Positions 14,901-27,600 of a stretch of 64,000 nucleotides of DNA are shown piece after piece. The stretch comes from Octopus sinensis (lineage: Eukaryota). Position numbers and translations under genes: made by a program. Within the stretch, counting starts at the first letter, position 1. Every line of letters starts with the position of its first letter. The stretch spans positions 31,930,001-31,994,000 of the forward strand of contig NC_043008.1 in NCBI RefSeq assembly GCF_006345805.1, given 5' to 3'. The notes below the pieces were generated by a model. That model made no database searches. It was not told where the DNA came from and saw only the letters and a list, made by a program, of their open reading frames with translations.

Positions 14901-17353
14901 TATTTGCAAGTGTGTGCTTGTGTGTGTTGATACATTAGACTCATTTAAGGCACTGAGCTGGCAGAATCATTACCATGCTGGGCAAAATGCTTAGCAGTAT
15001 TTCATTTGTCTTTACGTTCTGAGTTTAAATGCTGTCAGAGTTGACTTTGCCTTACATCTTTCCGGTGTTGCTAAAATAAGTACCAGTTAAACACTAGGTT
15101 GATGTAATCAACTTAGCCAATCCCCAGAAATTTGGGGCCTGGTGCCAAAATCAACATTTTAGACTCGTTCTTGTCTAGTGTGACCATTAATGGGACTAAG
15201 GGTCTTATGACCAATCATATTATGCTCAGTTCCATGAATAATGGTGATATGACCATATCACAATTTGAATTATGATAAATGTTATGACCAATTATTTCAT
15301 GATCAATGTTATAAATAATCTAAATGATCCTTTCTACTGGAAGCACAAGGCCTCAAATTTGAGGGAAGGGATTAAGTCGATTATGTCAGTCCCAGTGCAT
15401 AATTCGCATTTATTTAATCGACCCTGAAAGGATGAAAGGCAAAGTCGACCCCAGTGAAATTTGAACTCAGAACATAGCAGCAGACAAAATACTGCTAAGC
15501 ATTTCATCCGGCATGCTAACGATTCTACCAGCTTGCCGCCTTATCAATGTTATAAATAATGAATCCTTAATGGTGTTATAGTGGAAGCACATGACCTAGT
15601 GGTTAGAGCAGCTGACTTGCAATCGAAGGATTGCAGGTTCGAATCTCAGACTGGGTGATGTGTGTGTTTATGAGCGAAACACCTAAGCTCCACGTGGCTC
15701 CAACAGAAGGTAATGGCGAACTTCTGCTGACTCTTTCGCCACTACTTTCTCTCACTCTTTCTTCCTGCATCTAGCAGCTCACCTGTCACAGACCAGCGTC
15801 CTATCCAAGTGGAAAACCTATATGCCAAAGAAACTGGAAAACCAGCCCCTATGAGCCAGGCATGGCTTGAGAAGGAACAAAAACAACAACAACAATGGTG
15901 TTATAACCAATAGTACTATGACAAATGAGACTGTAAACAATAGTGGTACAACTGATGACATTAATATAAATGATATGACCAATCATAGCACCATGACTCT
16001 TTTACTTTTTTACTTGTTTCAGTCATATGACTGTGGCCATGCTGGAGCACCGCCTTTTGTCGAGCAAATCGATCCCTGGACTTATCCTTCGTAAGCCTAG
16101 TACTTATTCTATCGGTCTCTTTTGCCGAACCACTAAGTTACGGGGGCGTAAACACACCAGCATCGGTTGTCAAGCGATGTTATGGGGGGGACAAACACAG
16201 ATACACAAACACATACACACACACATACATACATATATATACATATATACAATGGGCTTCTTTCAGTTTCCGCCTACCAAATCCACTCACAACGCTTTGG
16301 TCGGCCTGAGGCTATAGAAGACACTTGCCCAAGGTGCCACGCTGTAGGACTGAACCCAGAACCATGTGGTTCGTAAGCAAGCTACTTACCACACAGCCAC
16401 TCCTACACCATGAATCAAGGTATGACTAATTATAGTGCGACGCATGAAAATATGACTAAAGGTGAAATGACAAATGTTAGTGCCATTTGTCAATCTGACC
16501 GATGACTGTATGACCTATAGTGGTATGATCAATGACGATACTGTATTGGACCTCTAATCTGGCTTCCAGAAATTCAAGAATACAGCACAATATCATGCAA
16601 TATAATATGCCCTATATTGAGTAAACAGACCCTGTTTCTAAAGCTGGTTAATTTGCATATAGTGTGTAAAAATGATTTTGTTCTTTACTTTTTTTTAATG
16701 GATTGACAAAGATTAAGCATTCTATGCATTACAAGTGTATTAATTTTTACCTTTATCAGTTAAATAACATCATGTTTACTTTCTTCATTTAATTTTCATC
16801 CTATAGACATTATACTGTATACATGGTACTGTATAATATTTTAAGAATTTTGAATGGATTAATATCAAACAGCTACTGCTTTAGAAATGTGTCAATTTGA
16901 ATTTGCTAAATATTATTCAATTTTTTTTTTCTTTTCATAGTTTATTTTATATCATAAGTATGTACTTAGGTTCTCTCCAGAAAACCTGAGAATCCAAAAA
17001 TCCATTCCACTTCCAATCCCAAACTTCCGTGATATACAGCAACCAGTGATTATATGATAAATGATATGACTAATAAAATTAATAGTGTTAGTGTATGTGT
17101 AAGATGTGAGGGATTATGATGATCAGTTAAATTTCATGAAGCTATAAATCATTTGCTATTTTTCGGAATAAAAAAAAAATCTCCATAATAGTAGGCGCAG
17201 GCATGACTGTGTGGTAAGAAGCTTGTTTCCCAACCACATGGTTCCTGGTTCAGTTCCATTGTGTGTTACCTTGGGCAAGTGTCTTCTACTATAGCCTCAG
17301 GCCAAAGCCTTGTGAGTGGATTTTATAAAACAGAACTTGAAAAAGCTCTTCGC

Positions 17354-17399
<46 letters not shown>

Positions 17400-19344
17400 C
17401 TGTATGTGTGTGTGTGTGTGTAATGGAATAGTTAGAAGCATTGTATGGACTATATTGTATAAAATTCGTGAGTAAGGCCAGAACAATGCAAAATAAATCC
17501 AAGGCAAAGCACAAGAAAACAGGCATATGAATTAATGGTGACTTACCCTGCATTCAATATTTCAGGGTTATGACCCCCTCTTCAGGAATTAGCGATTGTT
17601 GCAGATGTGTGTGAGTATGTGGGAAGTAGACATGCACTGAAGGTTGTTGATATAGTAACCAGCTAGCTTCGGCTTCCGTTGGTGTATTAATATGGCTCTA
17701 GAGATTCTAAGGATGCCTCTGTTTTGCTGTGTTACTCTGATGTGCACTGTGAACTCAAGTGTCTGGCATTTTTGTAGATGTTTCTTCATGGAAGTGTCTG
17801 TCTGCATGTGTTCTTTTATGTGTATGTGCTGTTTTCTTGTTGTGCTTCCTGTGTAGAATGCACCACATTTGCCGTTGCTGACCTTGTATACAACATAGGT
17901 CTTCTGGCACATTTTTGGGTCCTTCATGGGGCAATTTGGTCATGGGCACTCCTTGATGTTTTGAAAGGTTTTGTGAAAGAGTTATTTGAAAGCTGTTACA
18001 TACTAATTTAATTAACAGGGATGTTATCTTGAGGTTTGGTGACATCAAGTCTCCTGAGATCTCAAAATTTTTCATAGATTCTTGCAGAATATAGGATAAC
18101 TCTTTCCTTCAGGTCAACAATGTGAATCTCAATTCCTATATCTTTCAATCTCTTAGATAATAATTTTGGGTATTGTGCCAAGTGCACAAATTACTACAGG
18201 AGTAACTGTAAGCTAGGTCTTCCACAGTCCCTTTGGCTTCCTAGCTGAATCCTGATATTTCTCAATTTTTTTCCCATTTCTTTGATGTCCACTCATTTAT
18301 CATATGGTATTGTAAGGTCTATGATCTTACACTGTTTATTTTGTTGTCCCCTGTAACCATACCTGGTCTTTTTTCTTCAATAGCATGGTCAGTCTTTATG
18401 CTGTAATTCTTATTTTCTATCATGTTCATACCACTTCCTTGCTATTTTGAAGCCACATGCTCAGCTAACATCACAATGCATTCTTTCACTTATCACAGCC
18501 TCTGATTCATGTTCATACCAGTTTCCTGTTATTTTGAAGCACACTCAGCTAATATCCCAATGTATTCTTTTTACCTACACAGTCATACCTATGCTTATAC
18601 TCTTTTTGTGCTAGCTTACTGCATTCACTCAAGAGATGATTAATACTTTCATTTCCTTTCATGCAGATTCTACATTTGCTCTATGGCTGAGTTTTGTAGA
18701 TCTTTACCTTTATCAGATTCATCTGATGCTTGTTCATGAGCAACTATAATTTGCACTTTGGTCTCTCATTTCTGATTTCTCTCTGCCGGTCATCTTCAGT
18801 TTGTTATATAGATTGGTCATGAAATTCCATTTCTTTCCATCTGCTTGCTCTGTTGTTCGTCCAACTATTCTAGAATTATTTACAATATTTACAATTGATG
18901 GATACTTTTTCAGTAATATTTTGAACATCTCTAGCTGCCAGTAGTATTTTTTTCTGTTCTAGTCTCAAGGTCCAAAATTTTTGGAGAGGGGTACAGTCAA
19001 TTAGATCGACCCCAGTACACAACTGGTGATTACATTCTTGATTAAAACTATTCAGATAAACCTTCATTTTTATATCCTTTCTGGTGACACACAATTACTT
19101 TCTGAACATCCTATTATAATTATTATTGTCAAATGGAAGGCACCAAACTGGCAGAATCATTAGCATGCTGGGCAAAATGCTTAGTGGCATTTCGTCTGTC
19201 CCAATGTTGTGGGTTCAAATTCTGTCAGTATCACCTTTGCCTTTCATCCTTTCAGGATTGATAAAATAAGTACTAGTTGAATATTGGGGTGTATCTAATC
19301 GACTTACCCCTCCCTTGAAATTTCTGGCTTTGTGTCAAAATTTG

Positions 19345-19375
<31 letters not shown>

Positions 19376-19432
19376 TATTATTATTATTATTATTATTATT
19401 AGTACTATTATTATTATTATCATCAACATATA

Positions 19433-19464
<32 letters not shown>

Positions 19465-21602
19465 AGGCAGGCTTTCCACCTGGTGTTGTTAATATCCTAC
19501 CGGGTTATGGACCCACAGCTGGGGCAGCAATAAGCACACACCCTGAGATTAACAAGGTAGCATTCACTGGTTCAACAGAGGTATGTCCATTATTTCTAAA
19601 ACATTAAATTGAACTAAAGTATTTTCCATTAATTCCAATAATATTTTTTATTGATAGCCTATCGATACTTTATAATAATGACAGTAGAAATTTTCTCGAT
19701 TCCTTTGCAGGATGAGCACATAGTTAAGTGTGGGCTAACATAGCCTTTTGCCCATATTTACTATATACTTAAGCAGTCTTATCCTGACTTAATATAATAT
19801 TAACTCTTAAGATGGTAACTTGGCAGAATCATTTGCATGGTAAACAAAATGCTTAGCAACATTTCTTTCAACACTTTACATTCTGAGTTCAAATTCTACC
19901 AAGGCTGACTTTGCCTTTCATCATTTCAAGCTCAGTAAGCTCTGGGGTTGATGTAATTGGCTAATACCGTCCCTCTAAATTGCTGGCTCTGTGCCAAAAT
20001 TTGAAACCAACATATTACCTCTTCAGTGCCTTTTTAATTCAATGACCTCTCGATTTATTTTCTAGAACTGCTTCAATTTAGTGGGTGGGGATTAGTCAAT
20101 TACATCACCCCAGAGCTTATCGACTTTGAAATGATGAAAGATAAAATCAACCTTGGTTGAACTTGAACTCGGAATGTAAAGTGGTGGAAGAAATGTTGCT
20201 AAGTGTTTTGTTCACCATGCTGATGATTCTGCTGTAAGAGTTAGTATTATATTAAGTTGGACAAGATTGCTTAGTGTACATTGTAAACATGGGCAAAAGG
20301 CTATGTTAGCTCACACTTAACTATGCGTTCATCCTGCAAAAGGTAACCCTGAGAAAATTTCTAATATTGCAAAACTTTTAAATACTTTTGAAACTTCCTT
20401 TCAGGTGGGTCAAATAGTTATGCAAGTTGCTGGTGCTTCCAACTTGAAGCGTTGTTCTCTGGAACTTGGTGGCAAAAGTCCATGCGTTATTTTTGCCGAT
20501 GCTGACCGTAAGTTCACAGTTTGGATATTTACAAAAACACATAGAAAATATAGAAAACATAAAACAAATACACTTACTTTACCAATCATCAGTCAGTTAA
20601 TATCCAAAGCTGTTTTAGTTACAGAAACAATGGACTTTTGTTTTTTTTTTCATATCAAATATCCAATACTGTAGTCTGTCAAAAATAGTTGTTCTAAATC
20701 TCATGTGACATGACAACTGTTGCTGTTTACCCTTGGATTAATCAAGATTGAGCCATGACTTTCTTGTCAATTTGAGACTCACAAGGATTACAATAGCCAG
20801 TGTACCCTTTCTTATACAAGATGGTAAGGTTTGATTTTGGGGGAGATTTGTGCACTTGAAGTATCCATATAGAAGCTCTGTGATTAGGTTGAGTCAAAAT
20901 TGGTTTAGAATTATTAATTATAATTAATAGTTCTAAACCACTGTGTAACATGATTTTTGTCATTGGGTAGCAACTGTTATTTCCTATTTGCTTACTCTTA
21001 GAAAGTATGCAAAATGATTAATATTTAGTTCACACTTTGCATTTATTACATTTATTCAAGCCCTTAAGAATTCCTCTCAGTACATGTCTGTGATGTTCCC
21101 CTACTACTCCTGCTCATGATCAGAGAGGCACATATTGTCAGCCTCTAAGGGACATGCTCAAGTGGTTAAGGTCAAGTAACTGACAAGCATATCTGTGATA
21201 TTGAATAGAATGTTTGCTATAACAATATTTCTGCTTCATCTACTTGACATTGACTCTGTCTGAAATGTAATGGAAAATAGGTCAGTTTCAAAACATTGAT
21301 GTTGTGGTCAGAAAAGCAAAGTTTGAAGGGAATAGTAGTAATTTCTTTTGATTTCTAGATAGAAGCAAATAGGAAATAACACTTACTGGCCAAAGACAAG
21401 AAGAAAATTAAAATTTTGTTATACAGTGTAGACGTAGGAGTAGCTGTGTGGTAAGTAGCTTGCTAATGAACCACATGGTTCCAGGTTCAGTCCCATTGCG
21501 TGGCACCTTGAGCAAGTGTCTTTCACCATAGCCTTGTGAGTGGAAATTGTTGGCAGAAACTGAAAGAAGTCCGTCGTGTATATGTAAATATATATGTATA
21601 TA

Positions 21603-21641
<39 letters not shown>

Positions 21642-24600
21642 TTGTGTGTCTGTGTTTGTCCCCCCCCCCAACATTGCTTGACAACTGATGCTGGTGTGTT
21701 TATGTCCCCGTAACTTAGTGGTTCGGCAAAAGAGACTGATAGAATAAGTACTAGGCTTACAAAGAATAAGTCCTAGGGTCGATTTGTTCGACTAAAGATG
21801 GTGCTCCAGCATGGCCACAGTCAAATGACTGAAACAAGTAAAAGAGTAAAGAGTAATGTTATTATTTAGTTAGAGCATTTTACATTATGAGTTCAACACT
21901 TTACTGAAGTCAATTTTGCTTATCATCCTTTCAGGGCTGTTAAAATTGAGTACTGGGGTTTACTTACTTAACTACTCACCTCACCCAAATTGCAGGTCAT
22001 TTGGCAAAAGTTGAACATTCATACAATGTCTTTGATGGGTGAGTCCACCACCATCACCATCACCATCATCATCATCATCATCATCATCATCGGGTGAGAG
22101 AGCAGTGATACTGGAGTAAAATATACAAAGCCCAGTATATCCATCATGATTATCTGTCTGATAAGGGTACACCAAGCACATGCATTACAACCATGTGCGC
22201 ACGACATGGTGATCTCATATCAAGATAAAAAGTGCTTGACTTTGCAAGAGAGTCCCAGTTAGAATTTTCTTCAGGTCGAGTAACCCATCCTGCTCAAAAA
22301 GTCCCTGGATAAGGATTGTTTAAGGATGTTGAACGAAAGACCCATGTTTCCAGAGGTGAATTATTCAAACCCCAAAGAATCTCTCTCAACACGTGGCTAT
22401 GATGCTCCCCCACTACTTCTGCTCATGATCAGATACAAATATCGTCAGTCACAAAGATTAAGGTCAAACAACTGACAAGCAAATCTGTGGTATTGAGCAG
22501 AATGTTTGCTGTAGCCCATCTTTTATACCAAGACAAAACAATGTACATGATAACACTTCCAATCAGTTAAGATCAGAAGCCATGAGAGCCAATGCCTGGT
22601 ACCGCATCGTCATCGGTGGCGGCAGCAGCGTCATTAAATGGGTGATGAATTGGCAAAATCAGTAGAGCATATATATATATATATATATATATGTAAAGTT
22701 TTAATGTTCTTCATCTTTCAGTTGATTCTGCAGTAGCAACTGCTCATGAAGCTGCTATGATCTGTATGGGTCAGTGTTGCTTTGCTGGGTCTCGCACATT
22801 TGTCCAGGATTCTATTTATGATGAGTTTGTTGCCAAGAGTGTTGAACTGGCCAAAAAGCGGTATGTAGGGGATCCTTTTGATAGCCAGACCATAAATGGA
22901 CCACAAGTAAGTATCTCTCCTGTTATTGCAGTATATTCATGTATCTGTCTGTAGGTCTGTCTATTTATCTATTGGTTTTCTGTCTGTCTATCTATCAATT
23001 TTTTGATCTGTCTCAGTTTGTCTGTCTGTGTCTCCTTTTTTCTATCCCTTCACCTGTTCAACCAGCCAGCCAGCCAGCCAAGCTTTTATTCATTCTAATA
23101 TGGGTTGGGTGCCATGTACCTGGTAATATATTGCCACTCACCTACAAGGGGTGTTCATTACGGATTTCCCCTGACCCATTGTCAGTTATTGCAAGAAATG
23201 GAACTTGTACAGGTATATTCATACATGTCTCTACATGTCATATTGTAAATTGCAACTTTCCACTAGAATTCGTTTGTCTTTCATAGTTGCTGAAGTGGAC
23301 TAAGGTGTTATAATGGAGGCAGTCAAATGCAGATCAGTGATCAGGTTCTTATACTTGAAAGATTGTACACCAAAAGAGAATTTTGATGCGATGAAAGAAG
23401 TTTATGGTGATGATGAGCCATCATACGACATAGTCAAGCACTGGCATCACCAGTTCAAATGTGGTCGGACATCGATGGAAACTGCTCCTATTCCTGGATG
23501 ACCACATTCCACCATTGACGATGACACCATCCTTAACCCTTTCGTTACTATATTTCTGACCAAAATACACCCCTCATGAGTTTCAATTAAATTCTAAAAT
23601 AATCATGAATCTAGGCTTGTTTCATTAAATAACTGTAACTTTTTTACTTATCAACATATTAATGTGATATTTGGAACATAATTAAAGAAAGGGTTCTTAA
23701 TCAATTCTATTGCATAACTTTTATCTCAAAGTGACTTTAATTACAGGTAAATTGAGCAAAAGGTAAAAATATTAAAATTTTGTTTAAACATCACCATAGA
23801 AAATGAATCATCAGCTAATATTCAAATGGGTATGCAACAAAATTTTGATAAAGAAGAATTGTGCACATCACTATATCATCAGTTGAATTTAATGCACAAC
23901 AGGTGTACCATAAAGGTGGAATAAACTGAAATATTGGAATCCACCGTAAGTTTGACAGAACTAAAGAAATCGGTCAAAAAATAATATATGGCCCTGGTTA
24001 TGGTATGGAAGTGATAAATTCCAGACCACATCGTTCCCTAGGCCATGCTGACTAACATTATTTTCCCTGTATAAAAACTAAATCCACGCAGTACCCAGTA
24101 TTTGCTTCACAAATTTTCCGAAATTTGAACCCCCATTTTGTGTTTGTTTACGTTCTGCGTAAGTTTGTTTCCGCATTGATCGCTTCAAACAATAACTTCC
24201 AGACCACATCATACCCTAAGCCATGCTGACTAACATTAGTTTCCCTGTATAAAAACTAAATCTACAACAGTACCCAGTATTTGTTTCACAAATTTTCCAA
24301 TTCGGAATCAATGCTTGATAACATGAAACTCCTATCTATTTTCAAAGTTGAAGAAAAATCGATGCCGAAAAAAATGTGGAGAAAAATCTCCCAAAATTCA
24401 CGGAATAAAAATTACATGTCGATCTTTGTACAAAACTGTAGATTAACTGTTTACGAAGCATAATCACGTGTTTTCACGAATGTACTAAAGAGATTTGCTC
24501 TGATATTCTCATTTAAATATGAATAGGTAAATTCGGGCAGGTTTGGGCGGTTTGGTCACATTAACCAAAATTTTTTTCGGGTGGCTTTGGGCGGTTTGGT

Positions 24601-27600
24601 AATGAAAGGGTTAAAGTGGAAGCTGCCATTTTGGGGGATCACCACATAACTATTCAGCATTTATCCCAAGAAGTGAAGATAAGTGTAGGATCCATGGAAA
24701 AAAATCATTCACAACCATTTGCACATGCAGAAGTTGTCTGCATGATGGATTCCCAAAATGCTCACACCTTTTCAGAAGCAAGAACAAATTAATTGCTCCC
24801 AGGCTCTTTTGGCAATGTGTCAAGATAACAAGGACATTTTCAGCAGACATATCACACAGGATGAAACATGGGTGAATCACTATGATCCTGAGACTAAAGT
24901 CCAGTTGAAGCAATGGAAGCATAATAACTTACCCCTTCCAAAGAAGGCTATGTCCAACCCTCAGCAGCCAAGATGATGCTCACAGTCTTTTGGGACAAGT
25001 GTGGAGTACTGATAATGGATTTTCTGGCAAAGGGCACCACAGTTAACGGGGGCACACCCCTCTTAAGTTTTAAGTCATCTCACCTGTGAGAATTCACATC
25101 CTTAAATCAAACTGAGCTCTTTCTCTCCATATATTCTTCAATCTTCCAAATTTCCTCTTGTCTGAGAACATACAGCATTGTTTCATCCAGCACTCTCTGT
25201 CCATATACAGCACAAATACTCTGTGTTTTACGCAGTGTAAAGTTACTCATTCAACAGATTATACTCCTCTCATTTCTCTGGGTTTTCTATAGATCTTCTA
25301 CATTCAAGGTATGTGTTATCACCTCAGTTTAGCATCACACCTCTAACATATACTTCATGCTGTCTCACCTTCACTCAAAGAGATAAACTACTTCTTACTA
25401 ACACAGCTAATAGCTCCTTAAAATTCAAACATTTTGTACCTTTTCTTACTCTAGTAACTGCATTTCCATGTAACCAGCCCTGCATTTAGGTGGATACCTA
25501 GTTAGCAGAAAATAGTCACTACATTTGATCAGTTTATGGACTACAGTGCCTCTTATAATCAACTACTCCTATATAATATGACTAGCAGTATCGCCCGGCG
25601 TTGCTCGGGTTTGTAAGGGAAATAACTATAAAGCATTTTTAGAGATTATAGCCAAAAAATAGCAAAAAAATGCATTAAAAATGGAAAAAAAATGATGGTA
25701 AATTATTTTTAAAATCGTTGACTCATCGTAGACATTTTTAGAGAGTTACTTCCCTTAGCGAAAAAGATGCATTAAAATGGAAAAAAATTATGGTAAATTA
25801 TTTTTAAAATCGTAGAAGGGCTCGATATGAATCACGACTATAAAATACCTGGTTTTGGTTAAACTGCACCGCAAAATGTGGGAGTAGTTAGGAATCTAAA
25901 TCGTAGGAGACAGACACACAACCTTACTTTTATATATAAAGATATTTAGACTCCAGGAAGCCTGCTGTATATGCATGTATGTGTATCTTTGTGTCTGTCA
26001 CTCCCCACCCACAGACTGACAACCTGAGTTGGTTTGTTGACATTGCTATAAATTAGCGACTCGACATAGAAGTTCACTCTGTTATTGTAGATGCTGCTGC
26101 TGTTGTTTATAAGTTTACCTCTTCTTCATCTTCTTTTTCTTCTTTTTCTTCTTCATCTTCATCTTCATCTTCATCTTCTTTTTCTTCATCTTCATCTTCA
26201 TCTTTTTCTTCTTTTTCTTTATCTTCTTCTTTATCTTCTTTTTCTTTTTCTTCTTCTTTTTTCTTCTTTTTTTCTTCATCTTTTTTCTTCTTCATCTTTT
26301 TCTTCTTCTTTTTCTTCTTTTTCTTCTTCTGCATCTTCTTTTTCTTTTTCTTTTCTTCTTCTTCATCTTCTTCTTCTTTTTCTTCTTCTTCTCCTTCTTT
26401 TTCTTCTTCTTTTTTTTTCTTTTTCTTTTTCTTCTTTTTCTTCTTTTTTCATCATCTTCATCTTCTTCATCTTCTTCTTCATCTTCTTTTTCTTCTTTTT
26501 CTTCTTCTTTTTCTTCTTTCTTCTTCTTCTTCATCTTCTCTATCTATCTATCTGTCTATCTATCTATCTCAGATCGATGCAATACAGCTGTCTAAGATCA
26601 TTGATTTGGTGAAGAGTGGGGAATCAGAAGGTGCCAGAATGATGTGTGGAGGAAAACAGAAAGGGGACAAAGGATATTTTATGGAACCAACTGTCTTTGC
26701 TGATGTCAAAGACAACATGAGAATTGCCAAAGAAGAGGTAAGTATCTGGGTAAAGAATGTTTGAGTAATTATTGTTCAGTCTCAGGTTAACCCCAGTCAA
26801 ACAGACTTGGGATCAAAGACATTTCAGTAATGAACATCACATTCTAAAATTATTTCAGACCATGTTACCTAATGTGTCTTTTACTTTCTTAAGACAGATT
26901 TGGCTGCTATTTCTTGCAACCAAATTTCATTGACTTATTGAAATTTTGAGTGTCTCTCTAGTCTTCTAGCATTGGATACAGTTTATAATGGTGGTGGTAG
27001 TAGTGGTGGTGGTGGTGGTGGTGGCAGCAATGGCTGTAATGCTGGCAGCAGCAGTAGTCATCGTCATCATGGTGCTGGCCATGGTGGGAGTGGTGGTGGT
27101 GGTGGCAGCAATGGCTGTAATGCTGGCAGCAGCAGTAGTCATCGTCATCATGGTGCTGGCCATGGTGGGAGTGGTGGTGGTGGTGGCAGCAGCAGCGGCA
27201 ACTAAGTGGTTTTCAGCTTCATCAGCCTCATCATCATCATCACCACCACCATTATTTTCAAATGTGGAAAATCAAGATTAGATTCTTTAGAATAATCCAA
27301 GGTGAAAAACTGGAAGAGTCATTGGACAATGCTTTGCAGTATATTTTCTAGTTCCTTGTATGTTGGGTTCAAATCCTGCCGAAGTCAACTTTGATTTTCA
27401 ATATTTCAAAGTTGATTAAATAAAGTACTTGTCTAGGGTGATAAACTGACAGCATTTTTAGAGCATGAGACAAAATTTGTATGATATCTGATTTTAAACT
27501 TTGGCCAAGCTAGGGCTTATATCATACTACCATGGGGCTGCTGCAATTGCTTATGAAATTTGCAATAAATAGAAGATTGTAATCTTGTTACTTGAGTTGG

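Noticed and set aside
15581-15660. tRNA gene-like sequences (also 21431, 32496, 51049)
   Set aside because: These are SINE heads with A/B boxes but no complete cloverleaf, and they continue into SINE bodies.
19464-19470. Tandem acceptor cagGCAG
   Set aside because: A 4-nt shift would break the frame; the upstream AG fits the conserved AGFPPG start.
26091-26612. Poly-Lys/Glu and poly-Phe/Leu ORFs
   Set aside because: Translations of the pyrimidine tract.
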